DNA from: an uncultured Clostridia bacterium
GTDB lineage: Bacteria; Bacillota; Clostridia; Christensenellales; UBA1242
Assembly: GCA_947623795.1 (NCBI GenBank)
Contig: CANQHS010000001.1
Span: 1 to 31,024 of the forward strand
DNA length: 31,024 nucleotides
Direction of reading: 5' to 3'
Shown: positions 1 to 7,547 of the stretch, piece after piece
Numbering within the stretch: the stretch's first letter is position 1
Layout of the letters: every line of letters begins with the position of its first letter
Notes under the pieces: generated by a model
The model's database searches: none
The model's input: only the letters and a program-made list of their open reading frames with translations
Told to the model about the DNA's origin: nothing
Made by a program: the position numbers and the translations under genes

Positions 1-215
1 TAGCAGACACCGAGCATTCAATTGAAAAATGGATTGATCACACAGATCTTCTTGATGCCATAAAGCAGCTGGACGAACGCGAACGCGAAATTTTGAATTT
101 GAGATATTTTATTGGCAAAACACAAATGGAAGTGAGCGATGCGGTTGGCATTTCGCAAGCACAAGTCAGCAGGCTAGAAAAGAACGCTCTCGAGCATATA
201 AAGCGCAGTTTGTAG
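1..215 (+). CDS. sigG: Sporulation RNA polymerase sigma factor SigG, C-terminal part (5' end outside window)
   Basis: Frame from position 3 reads ADTEHSIEKWIDHTDLLDAIKQLDEREREILNLRYFIGKTQMEVSDAVGISQAQVSRLEKNALEHIKRSL*. KTQMEV..GISQAQVSRLEK is the region 4.2 signature of SigG (SigF is the closest alternative). Not in the ORF track because it is truncated. Confidence 0.85.
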   Translation, partial: ADTEHSIEKWIDHTDLLDAIKQLDEREREILNLRYFIGKTQMEVSDAVGISQAQVSRLEKNALEHIKRSL

Positions 216-222
216 AAAAATC

Positions 223-261
223 AAGAGATTTCGACAAAATAAAGTTGGAATCTCTTTTTTT
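223..261 (+). terminator. Rho-independent terminator after sigG
   Basis: 13-bp stem AAGAGATTTCGAC / GTTGGAATCTCTT (two G.U pairs), 8-nt loop, then a T-run. Confidence 0.8.
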
Positions 262-286
262 ATACCATTTTAGTTAAATTTTTTGG

Positions 287-315
287 TTATATTTATTTTT
301 TATTGCTCATTTTAT
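287..315 (+). promoter_or_regulatory. Possible SigE-type promoter of pdaB
   Basis: TTATATT-14 nt-CATTTTAT resembles the B. subtilis sigmaE consensus (ATA-containing -35, 14 nt, CATAcanT); pdaB is sigmaE-controlled in B. subtilis. The AT-rich context makes chance matches easy. Confidence 0.3.
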
Positions 316-341
316 GTGGTAAGATAGGACGGTAGATATCT

Positions 342-1106
342 ATGAAAGTGCTTTTTTTAAAAAGGACAACTTTAATTTTTGTGCTTGGTGTGGTGTTGTT
401 CCTTTCGGCCTTCTCTTTAAATTTTTTGGGCGTAGAAGCAGGCATGGTCTATTTGAACGCAACGAATAGGAAACTTCCCATTTATTCAGTTCAAACAGAT
501 GAAAATAAATTGGCAATTTCTTTTGATGCAGCGTGGGGTGCAGACAAAACAACTGAAATTATGAATATTTGTGACGAATATAATGTTAAAGCCACTTTCT
601 TTTTGGTCGGCTTTTGGGTGGAAAAATACCCAGAAAAAGTGAAAGAAATATACAATCGCGGCTTTGAAATTGGCTTGCACTCTAACACGCACCCAGATAT
701 GACAAAACTTTCCAAAAAACAAATTCGAGAGGAACTTGAAACCAACATAAACTTAATTAATGACATCACTAACTGCAAACCGAAACTTTTTCGCCCGCCA
801 TATGGCTATTATAATGACGCTTTGATCGAAGTCTGCAATAGTCTTGGGCTTAGTACAATAGAGTGGAGTGTGGACAGTCTTGATTGGAAAGGGCTTTCAG
901 CAAGCGAACTTGCCGGCAGAGTGGTTGGCAAGGCTAAAGCGGGAAGCATAATTCTATTCCATAATAATTCGGACCATATTACAACGGGTTTAAGGCTAGT
1001 TTTGGAACATTTTAAAAACAGCAAAACCGCAATTGTACCTATTGGGGATCTAATATACTACGACAACTTTACGATAAATCATGAAGGTACGCAAATTAAA
1101 AAATAA
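342..1106 (+). CDS. pdaB: Polysaccharide deacetylase (NodB/CE4), sporulation PdaB-like
   Basis: N-terminal TM segment; CE4 motifs ISFDAAWG, ATFFLVGFW, HSNTHP, FRPPYG, WSVDSLDW, ILFH; located next to sigG. Confidence 0.75.
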   Translation: MKVLFLKRTTLIFVLGVVLFLSAFSLNFLGVEAGMVYLNATNRKLPIYSVQTDENKLAISFDAAWGADKTTEIMNICDEYNVKATFFLVGFWVEKYPEKVKEIYNRGFEIGLHSNTHPDMTKLSKKQIREELETNINLINDITNCKPKLFRPPYGYYNDALIEVCNSLGLSTIEWSVDSLDWKGLSASELAGRVVGKAKAGSIILFHNNSDHITTGLRLVLEHFKNSKTAIVPIGDLIYYDNFTINHEGTQIKK

Positions 1107-1117
1107 AGGGGAAACAA

Positions 1118-1738
1118 ATGAATTCAGATAACAATAACAATGTTTATTTACAAGGTGTGGTCGATGACGAACCCACATATAATCACTCTTGCTTGGACGA
1201 GGATTTCTACTCGTTTAATCTTAGGGTAAAACGCCTGAGTGGAAATGATGATGTCTTGCCGATTACAATATCTCATAAGCTCTTGGAAAACATCAAGCCA
1301 GGTGAAACAATCGCGCTACGCGGCCAATTTAGAAGTTTTAACAAGGCGGTTGACGGCAAAAGTAGATTAATTTTAACTATATTTTGCCGCGAACTCTGCC
1401 CGTGCGAGGACGATGTCAACACTAATATGATTGAACTTAACGGATTTGTGTGCAAATCACCAACTTATAGAAGCACACCGCTCTCGCGTGAAATTTGCGA
1501 TTTGCTTATAGCGGTCAACCGCAACTACAATAAATCCGATTATATTCCTTGCATTGCGTGGGGAAGAAACGCACAGTTTATAAATTCTGCTCCTGTCGGC
1601 ACAAAGATTCACCTAACCGGCCGCATCCAGAGTAGGGAATACTATAAAAAGATTGACGGCACGGATGAAACGATAACAAAAACAGCATATGAAGTCAGCA
1701 TATCAAATTTGGCGATTGTGCAATTAGAGACCATTTAA
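1118..1738 (+). CDS. ssb: Single-stranded DNA-binding protein, clostridial tandem OB-fold type
   Basis: Two SSB-like OB repeats (NNVYLQG..G.FRSFN; NMIELNGFVCK.P.YR.TP..REICDLLIAVNR.Y.KSDYIPCIAWGRNA..G..IQSREY); AAGGGG-type RBS upstream. Confidence 0.8.
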   Translation: MNSDNNNNVYLQGVVDDEPTYNHSCLDEDFYSFNLRVKRLSGNDDVLPITISHKLLENIKPGETIALRGQFRSFNKAVDGKSRLILTIFCRELCPCEDDVNTNMIELNGFVCKSPTYRSTPLSREICDLLIAVNRNYNKSDYIPCIAWGRNAQFINSAPVGTKIHLTGRIQSREYYKKIDGTDETITKTAYEVSISNLAIVQLETI

Positions 1739-1749
1739 TGGTCTTTTTT
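1728..1749 (+). terminator. Rho-independent terminator after ssb
   Basis: AGACCAT-TTA-ATGGTCT followed by a T-run; overlaps the stop codon. Confidence 0.65.
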
Positions 1750-1771
1750 ATTTTTCGCCATTTTGTACAAA

Positions 1772-1789
1772 ATAGAACATTTGTTCTAT
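1772..1789. promoter_or_regulatory. LexA (Cheo/DinR-type SOS) box in the spacer of a putative sigmaA promoter
   Basis: Perfect 7-bp-arm palindrome ATAGAAC-ATTT-GTTCTAT containing GAAC-N4-GTTC, the Firmicute LexA core. It lies between TTGTAC (1763-1768) and TATAAA (1787-1792). Confidence 0.7.
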
Positions 1790-1858
1790 AAAATTTGCTG
1801 ATTTTTATCGAAAATTGGCAAAAATTGGAAAATATTTGTAAAAAACTGACATATACAC

Positions 1859-1888
1859 TTGACTTTTCGACAAATTTTAGATTATACT
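1859..1888 (+). promoter_or_regulatory. sigmaA-type promoter with a Spo0A-type box in its spacer
   Basis: TTGACT (1859-1864)-18 nt-TATACT (1883-1888). TTCGACA at 1866-1872 is TGTCGAA on the minus strand, a perfect 0A-box match. Confidence 0.5.
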
Positions 1889-1912
1889 TTTTTTGAGTTT
1901 AAGGAGAGGATT

Positions 1913-2404
1913 ATGATTGATATTTATGACAGTGAAGCACTTGTCAAGTGCTATCGTATGCTAAACAAAAAATGTAAAGCTATTGATAAGTTTATTGCAA
2001 ACCATGCATTATATTTTGGCGCCGGCTCGGAGGAATATGGTTCACTTGATATAATTAATAATATTATAGACCTTATGACAAAGAAAAATCAACTAATTAA
2101 TTTAAAAGTTATTCTAGATGGGGCGATAAATTCTCTTGATGTTAGGGACAAGAAAATTCTTTATGTCAAACTGAACTATCATGTGTCTATGGAGGATTTG
2201 TGCGAATTTCTAAATATGAAGCAGCGCACCGCATTTAGACGCGTTGAACACGCATATTTGAGCTTAACCGATGCACTTAACAATTCAAAATACATCGACA
2301 AGCTAATTTCTATTATGCAAAAAGAAATGTGGATTAGCGAAGTTAAAGATCAAGTTAAAGAAAAACATTTAAATTATAAAAAGGTGGATATCAGTAGTCT
2401 TTGA
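1913..2404 (+). CDS. ArpU/RinA-like phage late transcriptional activator (sigma-region-4-like HTH), 163 aa
   Basis: RBS AAGGAG at 1901-1906 favours ATG 1913 over the track's TTG 1859. Coiled-coil centre followed by INSLDVRDKKILYVKL...SMEDLCEFLNMKQRTAFRRVEHA (sigma4-like HTH); positioned upstream of a terminase as in Firmicute phages. Confidence 0.55.
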   Translation: MIDIYDSEALVKCYRMLNKKCKAIDKFIANHALYFGAGSEEYGSLDIINNIIDLMTKKNQLINLKVILDGAINSLDVRDKKILYVKLNYHVSMEDLCEFLNMKQRTAFRRVEHAYLSLTDALNNSKYIDKLISIMQKEMWISEVKDQVKEKHLNYKKVDISSL

Positions 2405-3152
2405 TTTCCTTATTGGGTGTCTTTTTGTGGTCAGCAATAAGTTTGCTGCCTTTTATAACTAAAAACACAAAGACGAGCGCTGGGATGGATAGAATTGCTA
2501 TTATTATTGCTGTTGTTTTGTTTTCGATTGGCAAACTATTAATTTGTTCGGCGATTTCAAAATTTGGCGGGTCAATATATGCCACCAGTTCGCTATTTTC
2601 GTTCCACGATACGGGTTCGCCATATCCGTCATCACAATAGTCTGCATAAACATATCCAATATGTTCAAAATCTGTCGTGTATTTGCAAAAAAACCAAATG
2701 TTCGGCCGCTCATCCACCTTTGCTGTTCCAAATATTTTGCCAATAAAGGTTATATTTCGTGAATTAGAAGATATTGTGTCCAAAAGTTCAGCTTCTGCGC
2801 TAGGGCTAGCTCGCAAATCTCGGCTGTCCTCATTGAACACTCTAAATTTAACATTGGAAAGAAAAGCGTTTTCTGGCGTTCCAGCAACTGCCTTAACACT
2901 TTCCTTTTTTATATAGCCTTTAAATTCCATATAGTTCGCTTCATAAAAAATTTCGTTGTAGCTATTTGTTAGTTCAACAAAGTAAGTTTTTGGCACTATA
3001 AAGTATTTATTATTTATATCATTGTCGTCAATAGGTTGCCGATATAGATAAACATTGTCCATCATCACCCGTGCATAATAGGTTATGTTGGATGAAGCAT
3101 AGGCACAAAGCGTGGGTTGAAAAACCAATGAAAATATAAGCAAAATAATCAT
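2391..3152 (-). CDS. Secreted, C-terminally membrane-anchored protein with probable SH3b-like domains
   Basis: N-terminal signal peptide (IILLIFSLVFQPTLCAYA); SH3b-like segments (VYLYRQP..FYEANYMEFKGYIKKE; DLRASPS..WFFCKY..IGYVY); C-terminal TM (AIIIAILSIPALVFVFLVI) followed by a basic tail. Overlaps the 3' end of 1913..2404 convergently by 14 nt. Confidence 0.55.
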   Translation of the reverse strand: MIILLIFSLVFQPTLCAYASSNITYYARVMMDNVYLYRQPIDDNDINNKYFIVPKTYFVELTNSYNEIFYEANYMEFKGYIKKESVKAVAGTPENAFLSNVKFRVFNEDSRDLRASPSAEAELLDTISSNSRNITFIGKIFGTAKVDERPNIWFFCKYTTDFEHIGYVYADYCDDGYGEPVSWNENSELVAYIDPPNFEIAEQINSLPIENKTTAIIIAILSIPALVFVFLVIKGSKLIADHKKTPNKEIKDY

Positions 3153-3158
3153 AAAAAA

Positions 3159-3167
3159 ATTTTATCA
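3159..3167 (-). promoter_or_regulatory. Extended -10 element 6 nt upstream of ATG (leaderless transcript candidate)
   Basis: Minus strand reads TG-A-TAAAAT-tttttt-ATG; no Shine-Dalgarno sequence. Confidence 0.45.
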
Positions 3168-3236
3168 CGAAAAATTTGCTAAAAAATGACATGTTATGGA
3201 TATTTTTGATAACTTTTAAGCTAAATTAATTGGTAG

Positions 3237-4661
3237 ATGGAAATTGTAGAAAAAATTTTAAAAATCGACCGCATTTTAAAAGAGCGAAAAGAAAAAAACA
3301 AACTTCAATTCTATAACTCGGGAGAAATAAAGCATAATAAGCAATTGGAGTTTCATAAATGTCCTAAAAAGAATAGATGGGTGTTTGGCGGAAATAGAAC
3401 GGGGAAAACCGAATGTGGGGCGGTTGAAGTTGTGTATTTTGCACGCGGCTGCCACCCATATCGAAAAATCAAAGGAGCAACAACTGGTTGGGTGGTCAGT
3501 TTGTCAACTCAAGTTCAGCGCGATGTTGCACAAAGTAAGATTTTATATTATTTAAACCCGGATTGGATTGTCGATGTCGTTATGCTCCAAGGACGAAAAG
3601 ATAATATAAAAAATGGAATAATTGACTATATATTAGTTAAAAATGTGTTTGGCACCTTTAGCAAGATTGGCTTTAAAAGTTGCGACCAAGGCAGAGAGAA
3701 ATTTCAAGGCACAAGTCTAGACTATGTTTGGTTCGACGAAGAGCCACCATACGACATATATAGCGAGTGCAAAATGCGTATTTTGGATAAGCATGGCGAT
3801 ATATTTGCAACAATGACGCCACTAAAAGGACTCACATTTGTTTATGATGAAATATTCTTAAACAAATTTAATGACGCAAACATTTGGTGCGAATTCATAT
3901 CTTGGGACGATAACCCGTTTATAAGCTCGGAAGCGAAAGAAGAAATGAAAAAGACCATGAGCGATGCCGAGTTAAGGTCAAGACAATATGGCGAGTTTTT
4001 GGATTTTGGCGGGCGAGTTTACACCGAATTTGACGAAAACGTTAATGTCATCGAACCGTTCGATATTCCATATGATTGGCAGGATAAATTATCTATCGAC
4101 CCAGGACTTAAAAATCCACTATCGTGCCACTGGTATGCGGTGGATTATGACGGAAATGTTTATGTGGTGGCGGAGCATTATGATAAGGACAAAGATATTG
4201 AATATCATAGCAATAAAATACACGAAATATGCGAAAAGTTGAATTGGCACAGAAATTCAAATGGCATGGTTGAGGCATTGATCGATAGCGCGGCAAATCA
4301 AAAAACTTTGGCTTCAATAAAAAGTGTTGCGGACTTATTTTATGAGCATAACATTTTGGTCAACACAAATGTAAACAAAGATGTGTTTTCGGGCATACAA
4401 AAGGTGAAATCATATTTAAAAAATAGTTTTGGACAGTCAAAGCTGTTCATTTTTAACACTTGCAAAAATATGATTAACGAAATAAAAACATATCGTTGGG
4501 GAAAGGGTGATAGCCCGGTTAAAGAAAATGACCACAGTATGGACGAATTGAGATACTACATCATGAGCAGGCCAGAAAATAAAAAACCACCACGCGAAAA
4601 AAGCGTTGTTGAATTGGAAAAAGAGCGGCTTATTAAGCAGCTGAAATTAAGGAGGCGATAG
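3237..4661 (+). CDS. terL: Phage terminase large subunit (Terminase_6-like ATPase plus RNase H nuclease)
   Basis: Walker A GGNRTGKT, Walker B/coupling YVWFDEEPP, ATMTP, nuclease SIDPG and NDHSMDELRY all intact. No obvious SD before the ATG. Confidence 0.93.
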   Translation: MEIVEKILKIDRILKERKEKNKLQFYNSGEIKHNKQLEFHKCPKKNRWVFGGNRTGKTECGAVEVVYFARGCHPYRKIKGATTGWVVSLSTQVQRDVAQSKILYYLNPDWIVDVVMLQGRKDNIKNGIIDYILVKNVFGTFSKIGFKSCDQGREKFQGTSLDYVWFDEEPPYDIYSECKMRILDKHGDIFATMTPLKGLTFVYDEIFLNKFNDANIWCEFISWDDNPFISSEAKEEMKKTMSDAELRSRQYGEFLDFGGRVYTEFDENVNVIEPFDIPYDWQDKLSIDPGLKNPLSCHWYAVDYDGNVYVVAEHYDKDKDIEYHSNKIHEICEKLNWHRNSNGMVEALIDSAANQKTLASIKSVADLFYEHNILVNTNVNKDVFSGIQKVKSYLKNSFGQSKLFIFNTCKNMINEIKTYRWGKGDSPVKENDHSMDELRYYIMSRPENKKPPREKSVVELEKERLIKQLKLRRR

Positions 4662-4665
4662 TTAT

Positions 4666-4965
4666 ATAAAAGAATTAGATAAAGAAACCCTAAAAGCGAT
4701 AAAGCAATGCATTATGGGCAGTTATGTTAAAGAGATAACAAGCGAATATAGCATGGATGAAAACGGGGATTTAAAACTCACAAAACAAAAAGTTAACGAA
4801 AAAAATCTTCCGCCAAATCCAGATATAATCAAACTTATTTTCCATTCAACAGATGCGGACGACTATGAAAAATTGACAGATGAACAATTATTGCAAGAGC
4901 GAGAGCGATTATTAAACGAATTAAAGGAGAAAAATGACAGTAGAAAAACTAAAACGAAAAATTAA
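4666..4965 (+). CDS. Terminase small-subunit-like protein lacking the N-terminal HTH (start uncertain: ATA 4666 or ATG 4714)
   Basis: The frame is open from 4651. AGGAGG at 4650-4655 lies 10 nt before ATA 4666, giving xKELDKETLKAIKQCIMGSYVKEITSEY...KLTKQKVNEKNLPPNPD, which resembles the G-Y-x-x-x-E...K...K-x-x-P-P-D oligomerisation core of one TerS family. Confidence 0.45.
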   Translation: MKELDKETLKAIKQCIMGSYVKEITSEYSMDENGDLKLTKQKVNEKNLPPNPDIIKLIFHSTDADDYEKLTDEQLLQERERLLNELKEKNDSRKTKTKN

Positions 4966-5149
4966 ATGTGATGTCAGCGGTTGCAACAATCAAGCAGACT
5001 ACACGATTCTTAATAAAAGATTTGTGTTTGATGGAAATGTCTATCTATGTGCAACTTGCCTAAACAATTTGTATGGCGAAATAGGCAAGTTCGTAAAACC
5101 CAAAAGCATAAAACCAATTTACAAAAAAGGAGAAAAAGATGAAATCTAA
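4934..5149 (+). CDS. Small Cys4 zinc-finger-like protein
   Basis: CDVSGC ... CATC; AAGGAG RBS upstream; overlaps both neighbours (translational coupling). Confidence 0.6.
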   Translation: MTVEKLKRKIKCDVSGCNNQADYTILNKRFVFDGNVYLCATCLNNLYGEIGKFVKPKSIKPIYKKGEKDEI

Positions 5150-6986
5150 TCAAAAACTTGTTGAAGAAGTCAAAGCGGACTATTTAAATAGGCGCGAAAA
5201 GCGACTAAGCTTGGAACGCCAATGGCAGTTAAATATAAATTTTATGATGGGAAATCAATATAGTTACATAGCTTCAAATGGCAGTTTGCGTGAAGATGAA
5301 AAACAATATTTTTGGCAAGAAAAAGAAGTTTTTAATCATATTGCACCAATCATAGAAACGCGAATTTCAAAAATCACAGCCAGCACGCCAAATGTAACAG
5401 TTGTGCCAGCTAGCACAGACGAAGAAGATATTGAAAGTGCAAAATTGAGCAAGGAAATTTTAAATTCAGTTTGCAACAGAATTAATCTTCCCGATATCCA
5501 AAAAACAGCAACAACTTGGAGTGAAATTTGTGGCACTGTGTTTTATAAAGTTGTTTGGAACACAAACACGGGCAAAATGGTTGCAACGGACGAGCAAGGC
5601 AACGCAATTCGAGAGGGAGATGTCCAGGTTGAAGTTGTTTCCCCGTTCGAAATTTTTCCAGACAACCTCTCCACCGAACGCATTGAAGATGTAAAAAGCA
5701 TTATTTATGCACGTGCGGTGGATGTGGACGAAATAAAACACGAATGGGGTGTTGATGTGGAAAGCGAAAGAGTTAACTCATTTACACTCGATAGCAACAC
5801 ATCAAGCCTAGGTGGGCTAGGTTATGACGCACACATTAACAAAGTTTCGAATGTGGAACTTTCAAACCACGCAGTTATGATTGAAAGATATATTAAGCCA
5901 ACAAAAAATTATCCAAATGGACGGTTGACCATTGTTGCTGGAAACAAACTTTTGTTTGATGGCGATTTGCCATATATAAACGACGATTTAAATCTAAGAA
6001 CTTTCCCGTTTGTTAAGCAAGTTTCAAACTATTTTCCGGGCAATTTCTTCGGCACAAGTGTTGTTGATAGGCTTATTCCATTACAGCGTGCTTATAACGC
6101 TGTTAGAAATCGCAAACACGAATATTTCAATCGCTCGGTTATGAATGTGCTTGCTGTTGAGGATGGGAGTGTGGATACTGATGCTCTTGAAATTGACGGA
6201 TTGTCTCCCGGCAAAGTGCTTGTTTATAGACAAGGCAGCAGAATGCCAGAAGTGGTTGAAAATCCAAGACTAAATTTGGATTTTGATGCTGAAGAAGAGC
6301 GTTTGCTTGGCGAGTTCAAAACTGTTTCAGGAGTCAGCGATATGATGACAGATAGCTATGCAGAATACACAAATCTTTCCGGCTCTGCACTCGAACTTTT
6401 GGCAGAACAAGACAATGCAAGGCTAATCAACGCGATCGATTCAGCCAAACTCGCAAGCAAAACTATCGCAAAATACATTTTAAGGCTATATAAACAATTC
6501 GCTGTCGTGCCAAGACTATTAAAAATCACCGGACAGAACAATTCTGTTAAAATGTACTATTGGAATCAAAATGAAATTTCGAGCGATGATGTTGTCTTTG
6601 ACACAACTGCCGAATTTAGCGATAGCATTGGTCAAAAACGCACAATGTTGTTGGACTTAATTCGACAAGGCTTGATGTATGACGAAGATGGAAAATTTAG
6701 CCCGTCAACACGCAAAAAATGTTTGGACTTATTAGGCTTTGGAATGTGGGAAAATAGCGTAGATTTGCAAAGTTTGAATATCAATAGGGCGAAAGAAGAA
6801 AACCTAGCAATATCAAAGGGTGAAAAACTTGAAATCTTGCCAGTTGACGACCACAAAATTCACATCGATGAACACACTGCCTATATTTTAAGTGCAAGCA
6901 TAAAAGATAAGCCAAACTATAAAAAAATTATCGAAAATTTGTTAGAACATATTGAAGAGCATAAAAAGATGTTAAAAGGAGAATAA
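5139..6986 (+). CDS. Phage portal protein (P22-like podoviral type)
   Basis: 615 aa downstream of the terminase genes; WQLNINFMMGNQY and NHIAPIIE resemble the N-terminal F..G.QW / N.I.P motifs of P22-like portals; AAGGAG RBS. Confidence 0.82.
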   Translation: MKSNQKLVEEVKADYLNRREKRLSLERQWQLNINFMMGNQYSYIASNGSLREDEKQYFWQEKEVFNHIAPIIETRISKITASTPNVTVVPASTDEEDIESAKLSKEILNSVCNRINLPDIQKTATTWSEICGTVFYKVVWNTNTGKMVATDEQGNAIREGDVQVEVVSPFEIFPDNLSTERIEDVKSIIYARAVDVDEIKHEWGVDVESERVNSFTLDSNTSSLGGLGYDAHINKVSNVELSNHAVMIERYIKPTKNYPNGRLTIVAGNKLLFDGDLPYINDDLNLRTFPFVKQVSNYFPGNFFGTSVVDRLIPLQRAYNAVRNRKHEYFNRSVMNVLAVEDGSVDTDALEIDGLSPGKVLVYRQGSRMPEVVENPRLNLDFDAEEERLLGEFKTVSGVSDMMTDSYAEYTNLSGSALELLAEQDNARLINAIDSAKLASKTIAKYILRLYKQFAVVPRLLKITGQNNSVKMYYWNQNEISSDDVVFDTTAEFSDSIGQKRTMLLDLIRQGLMYDEDGKFSPSTRKKCLDLLGFGMWENSVDLQSLNINRAKEENLAISKGEKLEILPVDDHKIHIDEHTAYILSASIKDKPNYKKIIENLLEHIEEHKKMLKGE

Positions 6987-6990
6987 GAAA

Positions 6991-7539
6991 ATGGAAAAAT
7001 TGGAACAACCTGAAAATTTAGGCTCCAATGCTTTTGGTAAATTTAAAGATGCAGAAAGTTTGATGAGGGCCTATTCAAACTTGGAAAGTGAGTTTACCAA
7101 AAAAAGTCAAAAATTGGCTCAACTTGAAAGCGAAAAAGAAAACGAACAAAAAATTATTTCAAGAAAGGCCGAAATTGAAAGAAAGGTGGACGAATTTGTA
7201 ACAAAATTTGAAAAAATCAAACCTTTTAGCAGCGCGCTCAAAGAAAGTTTGATTAACAATGAAAATTCATCTCTTGAAGATGAAGCGATAAGTATATTGT
7301 CAAATAATTACAAATCAGCAGAAGAATTTATGACTGATGATGAGTTTTTAAACAAGTATATTTATTCCAATAAGGACATTAAAGATAAAATTGTAAAAGA
7401 ATATTTATCAAATATAACTTTAAATTCTCCAATCAAAATGAATTCTAGCGCCTCCAACATTTCTTTAACCCCGCCAAGCGACCCGACCACAATTAAAGAG
7501 GCTGGGAAGTTGGCAAAATCTATAATCAAACAAAAATAG
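6991..7539 (+). CDS. Capsid scaffolding/assembly protein
   Basis: Lies between portal and capsid; GKFKDAESLMRAYSNLESEF resembles the GKFK...L.KAY.ELE motif of T7-like scaffolds; coiled-coil; no protease motif. Confidence 0.7.
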   Translation: MEKLEQPENLGSNAFGKFKDAESLMRAYSNLESEFTKKSQKLAQLESEKENEQKIISRKAEIERKVDEFVTKFEKIKPFSSALKESLINNENSSLEDEAISILSNNYKSAEEFMTDDEFLNKYIYSNKDIKDKIVKEYLSNITLNSPIKMNSSASNISLTPPSDPTTIKEAGKLAKSIIKQK

Positions 7540-7547
7540 GAGAATTT

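Noticed and set aside
230-236. Spo0A box (TGTCGAA, minus strand) upstream of pdaB
   Set aside because: It forms part of the sigG terminator stem, which explains the sequence; a 7-mer is expected by chance several times in 31 kb.
1118-1738. SSB as a phage replication gene belonging to the capsid cluster
   Set aside because: It is the clostridial tandem-OB type, follows pdaB by 11 nt and is closed by its own terminator before the LexA-box promoter; it reads as a host gene.
1859-1912. TTG start for the activator ORF as given in the track
   Set aside because: The TTG is the -35 hexamer of a likely promoter; a good SD (AAGGAG) precedes ATG 1913.
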